DNA from: a virus
Lineage: Duplodnaviria; Heunggongvirae; Uroviricota; Caudoviricetes
Reading direction: 5' to 3' (one strand)
Length of the DNA stretch: 31,903 nt
IMG/VR virus record: IMGVR_UViG_3300045977_000087
The notes under the pieces: generated by a model
Seen by the model: only the letters and a program-made list of their open reading frames with translations
What the model was told of the DNA's origin: nothing
Databases searched by the model: none
Translations under genes and position numbers: made by a program
Part shown: one piece after another, positions 12,001-19,200 of the stretch
Numbering within the stretch: position 1 is the stretch's first letter
Layout of the letters: the number at the start of each line of letters is the position of its first letter

Positions 12001-12162
12001 TGCTACCTGTGACTTTGATGTAGTCTGAGTACTACCTATCTGGCCCTGTAGGGCTGATGGCACATCTTCAGTTGATTGTTTATTAATACTTCCTGCTAAG
12101 TCTTGTATAAAAGACTTACCTTTTCCTTTTCCTTTTTTAGGAGGTTCTTGTTCTGCAGCCAT
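1..12162 (-). CDS. Giant virion-packaged RNA polymerase polyprotein (at least 4054 aa, 3'-truncated by the window edge)
   Basis: ATG at 12162 (MAAEQEPPKKGKG...) lies 2 nt after the TAG of the upstream gene, with an in-frame TAA just upstream at 12175-12177. The frame is open to position 1, so the ORF track omits it. It contains two-barrel RNAP motifs typical of crAss-like vRNAPs: KRLALLATPG (~3008-3037), STDAQEY (~2725-2745), QPQKPVYTG, KSSTYPLIP, TANKVG, GTQMFK, KFPGNSFV, RTPTSSHVS...GDLMIVP...GLDFDVDK (1300-1434), GKMAIGVYSN and ATDNEK. Confidence 0.92.
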   Translation of the reverse strand, partial: MAAEQEPPKKGKGKGKSFIQDLAGSINKQSTEDVPSALQGQIGSTQTTSKSQVAKASQGLDANVGSTLAATTSEEIELQKSVAAKKAPPPKAPAKVPDKAPIPNKPVKETVHEEYTNEQMRQMQLKKEKEKARQQELIRAQAREEMLTTPDENNPMEMSIFGKGTTDEDKARLKNYKILVEKKQAAYDKAYPEADFIPHFKNAFNYGAFTPMSGVEIGKGLGEIGKGVFNWTMGKLADNFLHPFNEAVSGDKTAAMGPARKEYELIANKLKREENKYKKPAIDLQQKYATEARAKVNKTQEDAITAAKNGQHDVAEKLFGQISNYRDAADLAEDGLRDLQKGYEGKDNIYTDPVLGLASRWEDLISVGLKPIFRDIKVARIANKNEADMDESERALLHSYANKQGIDNSSALHGTWYGAGKGAADSFTMMAGMILSKGAGGVVKKGVEGIVKKGIKGIVKSGLKKELQAAGKSVTGAAAEEFLEMEAKNKMKGMAVNLARKIPSKDKALGYAVDKIGQSLNLAYTVPFQPMTYQTALKNYIGQTEIIKDKQGKEHVLVRDGLFKHYNKEFESDMGILNKAYKEIENKPNKTEQDRAEMTRISDLMDERTEQIEKLRPRSAVFSAVYGGLETWAETWTEKVLGDMTQDAFGVLAKSKIGTDVADSALGKAYKTMDYAIEAGKAKFGKSWVGKLSKTIAPHGMGGVYHGLPAEVWEEIVREAIPSIDDSYGEKLAHLADPSFYSDVVAQTLIVSGLTSGGAGIVGVPGAIKNAKANAEYIDARRSIRALYRKMDRAVTDDQLAKLASMASAGTHYAARDYDIEITNLRLKGTEEAKKTADAMEAAKFSNLIKQAVSTGTLGEFKNILDTMVRQQGKGQRSYTEPTMDNLLKAQERVAELEKAQDQYKDKSNVSKILSLANDKVTARNNIQNLQGKLEEGKAATKLELEQFAQDRGHKVDIDADNLFDRKFADEKDQRAYDKFLNDAMDNEDILPETSKHATTWWAQENEKESLKQIRNDFNYNVSKKYETDTKEIANIRAQFDDAIRQAEAGGVDTPHLPLKTVLEMPTDRRGKLKEDGEITERFEAQVTPEYIDQFFKRLKPTGLSKDRLEALKIGYMIQAHQAEILRRNKTSENIKSMMEATKNQQQQNPQSIQPAFDEELQEDIIDDLQEQIDELDYDENPAEVDFLKEKLAKEQKKLDDYLATKNQEQAPNPIIVHDTDEMEQQKTEIRNALGRTFVEFDEGHVEDLWEMYKRNKELTPAMVQKTLPELGKAFSTEVANKISAGFKNISETKSARLVPETLREKFEENNNAINAIVEEAFIATGQTPTAVETPEVETQREQPDPDSLGPERTVTPTPVGVQGVTPVNNFPPNFDFATGLMPDNLDPERVKKPLTEEQVKTNKEAILERKQKELEAHPIIVGETPEQEVIRKQQLADIEAKYDAELEALEKQSEKGVVGIPETVDRVEPVTEQQQVRGNIHLQPLVIVNYDDTHKKMIKDLVADAVATYENEFGKKPSYKEYMAYTIKISGFKRAEMMYDSIGLGWQLNNYEEYDRDGVYKQLFATTQSKMEALDAYLTSLNPELREGAPATESEVVALTNQQIIDEGKKQEVITGFTEENIPVTAADTGTTVESVAFTFGYSAIPYKRVKDENGRWKPEAIPTRVLRQDSVLRFQDILKFDGFLPDQVVAVGVSKEDDWVDIKIVTGVDDNGNDIEITFAKYLENQPPGFRETQEFRDMVPMFFLNNKGEPVAFIHDTAWYNTRNVADPIDGEKKEEGEAPTKAHSDLLKKAKQEVSDFRNAILDGTVTEVKITAKEHGAFHSIEKKEEAGVERMPFIPISEANPQAIIAVQGDGDRVLVGTKDGKDVEFDDDTRKITNMDVMVNLRKSKNKNAKEAAGTVWDLRKMGIDPKDGKEMWILTKPQEWVTPEQLETARWAYSAFITFQDNIGANGKPADPEKGIEAEPGAREYISPKYRMDLAKAKIIRDKIEELTNLDISSDKQARIFFDLFIKPRNEGNFVVNGVYNYAERFYKPVGPEAFYTKTEKDYLGKDLIMPHIDTNGNVVNTGLKYSDYVKSTLTTGIISFNVGTEEKPEYITSVQPTIRFTYKTGAEAAPAPITADIKKVEQAAQEVIQEMNQIEDPQKLIDETKKLLKELGFNATTLQGMNFQPGTLKGTEELKTIYQLVPGLNVAQEEDLIKTVSEAARAFIESKSDKGVPTLNEVRAEIIKSQAEIMAPTTRAIDTAYTRVSQEYQQNPTPELKEVLNMVQGAVKILGNISAYWSDASLQAHLGEKYNGEVSVVDKALVEVRKTSELKEKKGEIATDEVPETEEQAEMETDLSERLFSYEDNASLAESSKLKAGYRLRRMMSGITVKVKQIVEKDGEKKEEFVPVTGFLKFNKLMSFNEIYDSVYGLLSTSGIYIEANYDIMKAKLQEMQPNNPWVEELIERFDKGDEMMRNQFVTNYRKHAVSMKFVMKDSKTDNAGEPSHSLQILDANANEMVKAIINTWKSNQRTSPLLKASEGDYYVNKEVAQELLNEFNRWNVNNNPGRDSEVEDVRKWLAAFGIDLAPGYMQEIKDNGFSSNGERRDYEKEFFTGAYCPVKHLVDWLKTVTKETGEINLTENPLRNPFTNLSNVNKALAKGEARYTSKVFNKSFRVAGKNVSGTTNPSFATNRVDDLKRSALGDQKFIKLLQSLSFNSESTILGLLTHTELGKNFASKFGLSHLSLEALAEKMAKTRTNASITELNSLDHDITKFGMFQDMKQGELGKFEMFDMRMGSMLGFTMSDKTQAYMFSTGVFNFFAQATNAFIYNAETKKVDGFEDRLKNLLYKKLVLPEMKRIAKFHSNYTSTVETAEGKRKETTGTDISGYNEAAQIFNMIPALNNIKDEKDERMISYFKEGYSVEEVEEVFRKEIDKTIQEVIMSLAEKKAESLEKIVVRETSVDKGLGNIKAINHFDTDYLATGQGTMDAKFQYAIYDFVINSMLHNADMFAMLAGDPALYSQSKHFPEGSDPANMLGDEFYIEFAQKQGVNIGKRLALLATPGTTMAEAYNESYIQLNLKDSKDISANSKYLIRLFHGEEALSRKILGEDKGTVAELIAGYPNMDSSAKKDLRKALAKAFPDIADYFDIESTDAQEYTTLSEHIRVMRGYGKIPEVQLKNIQNKIKQQKELEANAIGDNYKIPESMLLTREELAMVLQPQKPVYTGQNIDTAQDVARTIYIKSSTYPLIPQLTMGTELDNLRKTMEKLEAKHPGKGVRASYMTANKVGGSVAPIDPLNPTELEDEAALSAATLELDRNNYRNQQDIPVKDKSAIALGTQMFKILFGDGVIDLPGFRVDWMDKDLNGRELYEEFAKTFGDIIDLKKAQLYDELGLDPNGVPYDTRAHMHKLQELLKKEAIGRDYPIQDVKSLDLVELTDAQNKNKYYEFTMPLWLSANSNRFESMLNSIITKRVLAHKFPGNSFVAGSEHGYKFKEDLAGIDTSRIIYFDNYNGEELGAVSTEDVDGKPVFTKAQVLVPSKFKKSDGTLINLFEKVDGQYKYLIEEKGKPLKLKPNMIDPKLFSMFSFRTPTSSHVSGSIIEIAGILPPESGDLMIVPKNFTKQKGLDFDVDKENTYQLNHHVTKEGRIEEFTDYHVEKVRKQIDKLVNSKEYQDALALEKVERTVPEKMLKDFYDGLEDMFTEEELEEVKASRESLAEKTQSLKRKLKEKELKVLENKFIKIHQAVFSNPSDEMQKKVNKVLSMDFAREQAELIESMTDSSQGTPWDFTILSDQYQKEKMGLGAAGKMAIGVYSNYVTFHGLVQQLDTPSYLQRKNPEDPQGPSEKFEITIGKIYSNGMLGGQRTLTEHRDVPGDRSIAEVYAEKQNTATDNEKEQILGRVNINSLTIGVDSLLAGLGFDKVKYDTGEKDEYGKPIFKDISISYALLSQPVIREFVEHMQSGMGIISDFTSNLEETTIENLRKKYSETGKEEITSELLTGEALIAGLQTNGTQKDVQLAALNLFLELRAAAKKMSKVQSLINTKDLGKSATEAFGKYDNLENLAK
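1303..1317 (-). other. RNAP catalytic Mg-binding motif DFDVD (DxDxD), aa 3616-3620 of the giant ORF
   Basis: Codons GAC TTT GAC GTG GAT are in frame with ATG 12162 (10845 nt = 3615 codons). The motif is equivalent to NADFDGD of cellular beta' and DFDID of the phi14:2 gp66-type vRNAP. Confidence 0.9.
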
Positions 12163-12164
12163 AA

Positions 12165-14429
12165 CTATCTTGCTTTAAATCCTTCTGACAATCTTTTCAT
12201 TACTTCAGGGTTGTCAAGAGTTGTAGTAACTCTTTTATTCCCAAGTGTAAGAGTAATTTCTCCTGCTCTGTATTCAGGTGTACCATCAGCTTTCATTCTA
12301 CTAGATGTTTTACCATGATAAACCATATCTTCACCATCAGGTACAACTCCTTTAAGAGATACCTTCTCAGCTCCACCCAACTTTCTAAAATATTTGATGA
12401 CTCTCATTTTATCTCCATGCTTAGCCATAAATGCATCTGTACTTGCAGTACCAAAATTACCTGTACTGGCATCATGCTCTACCCCATTAATACCTATCTT
12501 ATAGTGGAAGTTTACTCTGTCATCATCATTAAGGGTCATGTCTGGCAAAACCCCTTTACCTATGTCAACATTTAAGTGTCCTCCTCCCTCAACAATTTCA
12601 AAGGTATCTTCACCTGAATTAGCATCTGTACCTGTTACCCTTTTGTTTGCCTTAGGTTTTACTACACCCATAGTGACTAAATCATTTATGGAAGGGTTCT
12701 TAACAAGGTCTATTCTATCTCTGATACCTGCCTTAATATTTGTAGGCTTACCATCTTTATAATCAAAGTAACCTTCTGCACCTTTGTTTACTACATATTG
12801 TCCTTTCTCATTTACAGTGAATGGAAGAAGTGCACCTGTATTTTTATCTCTAAAACTTTGTCCAACAATAAAGTTCCCAATCTTGGTTCCATTCTTTAAC
12901 CCCATAGGATTTTTAAGGTGAAGGCTGCTACCAAAGAAACCTTTGTTTACCTGGTCTATATCCTTCTGTACCATTCCTGTATCCTCATAAGAAAGTTTTG
13001 CATCTCTTGTGGTAACATTACCTTTTCTAAGATATCTACCCCAAGCATCTTGAACTTTCTTCTGGTCTGCTGGGCTATAACCACCATTCTTTTCTCCACC
13101 TTTTCTATATCTGTTAAGGTCATAGTTTAGGTGGGCATACTCTCTGTTGAACTGAGCTTCAAGTGCTGCATTATGATTTGTGATTAGTTTACCTTGTTTA
13201 TACTGAGAGCTTAACTGCTTTCTGATAACAGGGTCTTGAACACCACTGAAGTCACCAGCCTGCATCTCTGCTATAATGGCAGAACCAGCTTTAGTTGCTG
13301 CAAATGCTTTGTAACTTCCTTTAAAACCACTCTGTTCAAAGGCATGCTTAACACCTTTATCAACAGCACTGTTTACACTCTCTCTTGCACTATTAACAAC
13401 TAAGGTTTGTTTCTGCATAGTATCACCAGCAAAAGTTTTACCTGTTTCTTTTACTGTTTCATTAATGTATTCAGTTTCTTCCAGCTCTTTAATTTTGGCT
13501 TTTCTTTCCTCTTCATTCATTTTAAACAAGTCATTGTAATGGCTTGAAGATTCACTTACTATTTTCTTACCTCCATATTTCTCTTTAAGGTTTTCAAGGC
13601 CTTGTCCTAAATAGTTATTTGAAGCAAAGACAGGATTACCATTCTCATCAAAGTTAGATACTGCAAATCCTTCTGAACCAAGCAATTCTCTTTGTTTAAT
13701 ACCTGAGACCACATTAGGGTCTGTAGCTATAGCTGTCTTGTACATATTTTCAAGCTGTTTCTCAGTGAAGTATTCTACTCCACTTTTACCAGCTACTCTA
13801 AATTCACCTCTGTCATTGTCCCAACTTATTGTTTTGTCAACACCTTTTATACCACCCCTCATAAGGTTCTCAGTAAACTCTTGAAATGGAGTAAGCCCAG
13901 CAAGTTCCTCAGTATCAAAGGAGCTGTACTTGGTGGGGCTTTCCCACTTGGTTCCTCCACCTTTAGTGAATTCAGCAAGCTTCATCTTTTTTAAGTCTTC
14001 AGCTTGTTTAGCATCATATAGCTTAGGGTCTTTCTTCATCTTCTCAGCAAGCTCTTTTTCCCAAGCCTGATAAGCAGTATAGTTGCCCTGCATGGCAGCT
14101 ATCTCCCCTCTTTCCCAATTCTCCTTAATACCTCTGCTAAGATTTTTAATCTTAGGATTGTATAAGGCAGCATTAAGTGGGTCAGCAATTATCTGATTAG
14201 TGATGTCATCAATGTTCTTACTGTAGCCAGAAATGATTTGGTTTGCTCTTGCTTTATCTGCATCTAAAGTCTGAGCCTTGAGTAAGTCAGCAAGAGCACC
14301 AGCACTTTCAATAGCTTCACCTGTCTCTTTATCTTTCTTCTCAATAACATTCTTCATCTGCTCAAAAGGAAGAACAAACATCTTGTCATCTAGGAACTCT
14401 GCAGCTGTTCCTTTATAAAACTGTCCCAT
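12165..14429 (-). CDS. Putative internal virion / ejection (cargo) protein, 754 aa
   Basis: Long, helical, K/E/A/G-rich ORF. The N-terminus (QFYKG...FVLPFEQM) resembles crAss-like ejection protein starts. It sits between cargo protein 1 and the vRNAP. Confidence 0.6.
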   Translation of the reverse strand: MGQFYKGTAAEFLDDKMFVLPFEQMKNVIEKKDKETGEAIESAGALADLLKAQTLDADKARANQIISGYSKNIDDITNQIIADPLNAALYNPKIKNLSRGIKENWERGEIAAMQGNYTAYQAWEKELAEKMKKDPKLYDAKQAEDLKKMKLAEFTKGGGTKWESPTKYSSFDTEELAGLTPFQEFTENLMRGGIKGVDKTISWDNDRGEFRVAGKSGVEYFTEKQLENMYKTAIATDPNVVSGIKQRELLGSEGFAVSNFDENGNPVFASNNYLGQGLENLKEKYGGKKIVSESSSHYNDLFKMNEEERKAKIKELEETEYINETVKETGKTFAGDTMQKQTLVVNSARESVNSAVDKGVKHAFEQSGFKGSYKAFAATKAGSAIIAEMQAGDFSGVQDPVIRKQLSSQYKQGKLITNHNAALEAQFNREYAHLNYDLNRYRKGGEKNGGYSPADQKKVQDAWGRYLRKGNVTTRDAKLSYEDTGMVQKDIDQVNKGFFGSSLHLKNPMGLKNGTKIGNFIVGQSFRDKNTGALLPFTVNEKGQYVVNKGAEGYFDYKDGKPTNIKAGIRDRIDLVKNPSINDLVTMGVVKPKANKRVTGTDANSGEDTFEIVEGGGHLNVDIGKGVLPDMTLNDDDRVNFHYKIGINGVEHDASTGNFGTASTDAFMAKHGDKMRVIKYFRKLGGAEKVSLKGVVPDGEDMVYHGKTSSRMKADGTPEYRAGEITLTLGNKRVTTTLDNPEVMKRLSEGFKAR

Positions 14430-14431
14430 GA

Positions 14432-16225
14432 TTATCCTACTTTAGTTTTCTTAGCAACCAGTTTACCTCCAGGAGTCATACCTGCATATGTCCCCATATT
14501 ATTTAGCAATTCCATATAGATAGGGTTCATAGCCATTTGGTTTAAGTCCTTACCAGTTTGTTGTATAGAACTGGCCTGGTCTTTATAACCAAGACCCATA
14601 GCAGTATAGTATGCATCCTGTGCAGCCTCATTAGCCAGCTGTGCTTCATACTCACCTTTAGCTTTATAAACATCAGCCTGAAATTGAGTCTGTGCTTTCT
14701 TACCAAGCAACTCTTGTTGTTGTTTTGCAGTGTCCAGCATAATTTGGTTAGCACTCTTGCCCTCTGCTATATCATAAGCTAAGTCCATAGCTCTGCTTGT
14801 ATTTATACCTCTTGCACCAGCTCTGGCAGCCATCTTACCTGTTCTTGCCTGAGTCTTAGCTTCAAGTAAGGCCTGAGCCTCAGTACCAAGTAATCCAAGT
14901 TCAGCAGCATCAAAGCTTTTCATGGCATCCTCACCTACTCTGTCATAGAGATTAGTATGAGTTATATCCCTGCTTCTTTGTTCAGCAGCATTCTTAAGCC
15001 CTGCCTGTCCTGCCATGTAGTTACCAATAAGCCCTACAACATCCCCTACTTTAGGAAGATAAGTATTAGCTAAATCAAGTAGTTTACCTTTTTCAGGTTT
15101 AGTGGGAGTACCTTTAAGCAGTTCAGGGTCAATTGGCATATAGGTATCAGTGGTAGTATCTTCTGTAATAGCCTTGTTCATTTTAACCTGTTCTTCAAAG
15201 GTTAAGCCTCCAGGAGTACCTGTTCCAAGACCTGTAAGGTCAGGAGGAAGGACTTTCTTCTGAGCAAGTGCATAAGAGCTTGGGCCAAGTAGTTTACCAT
15301 ACCCACTTGTTTTCTTACCAACTCCTAACCAATCATGAAAAGAAGATAAGTTAAATGCTGCACCAGGATTCATTCTCATGTATTCATCAATATAAGGTTG
15401 GAACATGCTTTGGTCAAAACCTTTAGCATATCCTATCCCTGTAGGGCCTGTACCATCTGCATACTTTTGTACTCCTCTGTATCCTGTTCCATAAGCAAAT
15501 TGGAAGGCTCTTGTGGCAGTTGCTAAAGACTGTACCATTTCCTGATGTTGTAAATCTGCCATGTCTTCTTGCTGAAGGCTTTTCATCTTTCTCATCACAG
15601 TATTCTTCATGGCCTTATTGGGATTCTTTTCCATAAGGTTCATCAAACTCTTTTGCTTAGCCTCTCTGGCTTCTTTTCTTTCAGCCATAGTTTTGCCTTC
15701 TCTTTTAAGCCTGTCAGAGTAGATTTTAGTTCCTTGTGGAATATCTTCACCTACTTGTCCATCTATACCTCCCTCTTCATGAGAAGGACCTTCAAAGGTT
15801 CCTGATTGTCCTTGTGGAGTTTCATATGCTTCTCCACCCTCAACTTCAACTTCCTGTCCTGGGTCTTCCTCTATACCAGAGTCTCCAAGGGCTTTCATGT
15901 ATTTGTTTCCAAGGTCAATTACAGAAGGAACTGTAAGATTAAGTTCAGTAGGAATCTCTGAAGCAACAGCTTGACCAGCTGTGGTTCCTGTACCAGGTGT
16001 CTTAGTACCAAGGGCTCCTCCTGTATAAGCAGAGCCTAACATCCCAAGACCTTGTTGAAGTATTCCCCCTACCATAGAAGCAATGGCTACCCCCTTACTG
16101 TTTAAAGCATCAGATTCAGTTTGAGCCAGCATCTTATTGTAATCAGCAAAGGACTCATAAGGAGAGGGGATACCTGTTCCTTGAGTCCCTGTGCCAAGAG
16201 CATATTTTTTGATTCTCTTTTTCAT
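14432..16225 (-). CDS. Putative cargo/ejection protein 1 (crAss001 gp45-like), 597 aa
   Basis: Contains EVEVEGGE...GPSHEEGG...GTKIYSDRL, a motif I recognise from crAss-like cargo proteins. It also has repeated [YF]AxG[TG] motifs, Gly-rich hydrophobic stretches and an A/Q-rich C-terminal helix. It lies directly after the muzzle gene. Confidence 0.65.
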   Translation of the reverse strand: MKKRIKKYALGTGTQGTGIPSPYESFADYNKMLAQTESDALNSKGVAIASMVGGILQQGLGMLGSAYTGGALGTKTPGTGTTAGQAVASEIPTELNLTVPSVIDLGNKYMKALGDSGIEEDPGQEVEVEGGEAYETPQGQSGTFEGPSHEEGGIDGQVGEDIPQGTKIYSDRLKREGKTMAERKEAREAKQKSLMNLMEKNPNKAMKNTVMRKMKSLQQEDMADLQHQEMVQSLATATRAFQFAYGTGYRGVQKYADGTGPTGIGYAKGFDQSMFQPYIDEYMRMNPGAAFNLSSFHDWLGVGKKTSGYGKLLGPSSYALAQKKVLPPDLTGLGTGTPGGLTFEEQVKMNKAITEDTTTDTYMPIDPELLKGTPTKPEKGKLLDLANTYLPKVGDVVGLIGNYMAGQAGLKNAAEQRSRDITHTNLYDRVGEDAMKSFDAAELGLLGTEAQALLEAKTQARTGKMAARAGARGINTSRAMDLAYDIAEGKSANQIMLDTAKQQQELLGKKAQTQFQADVYKAKGEYEAQLANEAAQDAYYTAMGLGYKDQASSIQQTGKDLNQMAMNPIYMELLNNMGTYAGMTPGGKLVAKKTKVG

Positions 16226-16237
16226 CTCTTTTGTTGT

Positions 16238-16245
16238 TAAAGGTA
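16238..16245 (-). promoter_or_regulatory. Weak candidate Bacteroidota -7 promoter box (TACCTTTA) in the 47-nt gap before the cargo/RNAP genes
   Basis: One mismatch to TAnnTTTG, in the largest intergenic gap of the window, 12 nt upstream of ATG 16225. No clear -33 element. Confidence 0.2.
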
Positions 16246-16272
16246 AACATTAATAAAACTTAAGATTGCTAT

Positions 16273-19200
16273 TTACCTTTCTGAAGACTTTTCATCATGT
16301 TGTGAAAGATGGAAAGTAAGTTGTGTATTAGCAAAATTATCAAATATAAGTCTTACTGCCAAGTATTTATCCCTAAAGCTTTCAAGTTGTGTCCAATCTT
16401 TATTTGGGTCTATTGCATCAGGATTAACCACCTTATCATAATATTCCTCTCCTGGGCTAAGACCATAGTTATAATTAAACATAGGAACATTTAAATTTCC
16501 TCTAATGTCTCTGAAACTATTTATAGTCCAATTTCTTTCATTTCTGTCAATAATAATCTCACCATTTGAGTAGTCCCTATTCTTAACTTGGTCTAACATG
16601 TAGTTAACAGATACCTCAGCTTTAGGCATAAGCTTAAGTACTCCTGAGGTTTGTTGGGAGTTGTAGAACAGTGCACTATTAAAGGTTTGATTCATATCTA
16701 CACCATATCCATTAGTGGCTTCACTCTGAAACATTATTGAGTCTGTGAGCTTAGTCTGTACTGCACTGACATTATCAACATACTCAACTATGAATGGGTA
16801 AAGAACATTGTAGAAGGTCTGATACCAACCTGTTATATTATGTTTATAAAAGCCTATCAAACCATCTTTCCAAGACCAGAAAGCACCTTGTATATGGAAG
16901 TAGAATGAAGGCAGGTATGGGTGCCAGCTTCTCCACTCATTTCTTCTAAGAGAGAAACTCATAGTCCAACTTGAATTAGTAAGTGGTGGCACTACAGGTT
17001 CACCATCTTCATACTCATACTCAATAGTGTACTCAGTAACCTGAGTAGGTTTAACTGTTTCTTCAAAGTGTCCAGGTTCAACAAGCACTACAGTAGTACC
17101 TGTATTACAGGCTGCATAAGGAATATCCACTCCAGTAAGATTACCTGCTATAAAGGCACCTCCAGTTTTAGACCATGATAAGCTACCAGTTCTTATACAC
17201 AATAGAGTAGGTTCAACTTTTTCAACATGACTTACTCCTGCTGCCATTGGTACACTGTAACTGTATGTATTACCTGAACACAGTACCATACTTATGGTTA
17301 TATTCTGAGACTGAGTAGTATCATTTCTTGTAAAGGAATAGTGTATCTCAACCTGAGTACAATCAATAGGGGAAGCATACTGCTCATATACAGGAGGAAC
17401 CCAGGTTGTGACAGGGATATCTTTAGTAACAACAGTTTGTGTTACTTTCTTAAACTTCATTCTACAGTTTTCATAACCTACAAAAGTCCATCCTTGACTA
17501 TTTCTTTCCCATATAATTCCAAAGGCATTCTCAAATCTGTATGTAGTATTTGTATCTGTACAATAATCTTCAGGAACTCCTGTATAATTAGGTGATATAT
17601 CTTTCTTAGTGATTATCAGTCTTTCCTTCTCAGTATCAAAGGTAGATATGTAACCAACTCCAAGATAGTTAGAAGGGTTATCCTGTTTTGAATAGTCATC
17701 TCCCATTCTAAACTTCATATTATTGTCAAACCATATCCTATTACCATTATCTGAGATAGGCTGAAGCTGTTCACCATTAAACAAGTACCATTTCTTCTCT
17801 CTGTGAGAAGGGAAGAGAACACCATATTTGGTCTTGGTTCTACCCCATTTATGTTGGGTCCCTGCACTTGAGTTCTCATCATCCACTATCTTTCTTGGAG
17901 GGATATTGAAAAGCTCTCCTGTACCAATGAAAGAAACTATACCTTCAGCAGTAGTTCTTTCCTGGAAGTTCTGTGGACACATCCATAAAGCTTCCTCAGT
18001 ATGTATGAACAGGTTATTCTTGATTTTAAATATGTCAACAATATCACCTGTTTCCCCAGCTAAATCTCTGTAGTTATTAGGTAGGAAGGTTCTGTAGTTA
18101 TCAGTAAGCTCTTCTTGGAATGAGGTCTGAGACCAATGCCATCTGTGAGTAAATACTTCAAGACATTCTGAACAGCAATCATATTCTATAGGAAGATGAT
18201 TGAATACTTTCTGCTTGTTTCTTCTCTCATAGTCAGGGTTGATTTCATATATCTCAGCTAAGGCCACACCCATATACTCCTTACCTTGTTTGTTTTCCTG
18301 TTTAGGATAGGTAAGCTTTTTAACCATGTGGCTATCAAAAGATGTTGTAGGGTCTATGGTTTCTACAGTTTGTCTGTTATTACCAAAGTAAAGCCAGTTC
18401 CCTTCAGGAACAAGTGTCCCTGGTTCCTTAATAGTAGGGGAACTTAGAAAGTCAGGGATACCATCTATAACTGATATCCTTGTACCTATGTTTACATTGG
18501 ATTCAAACCAAAGGTTTGCACAATCTCCTAACCATTGTATCTCATCATCAGCAGGGTTTTTGGAAAAACCTCTTTCTTCTTCTGTTGCAGGAAGTTCAAT
18601 ACCATATAGAGTGTACTGGTCTTGTATGGTTTTTCTAAGTCCTTTATCATAGTTTTCCTGATAAGCCTTAGCCCAAGCTACCTGACTAAGTCCTGATACA
18701 GCAAGAGATGTTGCTATACCTACAAGAAGAGATGCAGCACCTAAGGCAGCTATTAAGAGAGGAGTCCCAGCACCAAAGCTGAAGAAGGTAACCACAGCAG
18801 CAGCAATAACCAGGAATGTAGCAGCAACAAATTTCCATACTGATGTACCAGCTACTCTTTCTTTGAACCTGTTATCATACCACATACTATTCACATATCT
18901 TATAGGTGAGATGTAACTGTCACCATTGAATAGTTCTAAGGAGGAGACATTGTTCTCACTGAAATAAGTGGGGTTCTTACTGTCCTTGTAGTAAGGAGTA
19001 GTTCTAAAGTTAGCATAAGGGTTGAGGTTATCCCTCATTAGATACACATAAGGATACCTGTTATAAGGGTCGTATATAGGGGCATCTTCTGTAAAGGTTA
19101 TCATCCCTATTTTATTGTCTGCAACATTGTTATAATAATCAACACCAACACCTTCATTATCATTAATGGCCTTATCCTCAAGAGCATTAAGATAGAATAT

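Noticed and set aside
1-12162. Zincin protease domain, intein or group I intron in the vRNAP gene
   Set aside because: I saw no HExxH, no intein-like C...HN[CST] boundaries or LAGLIDADG motifs, and the frame is uninterrupted.
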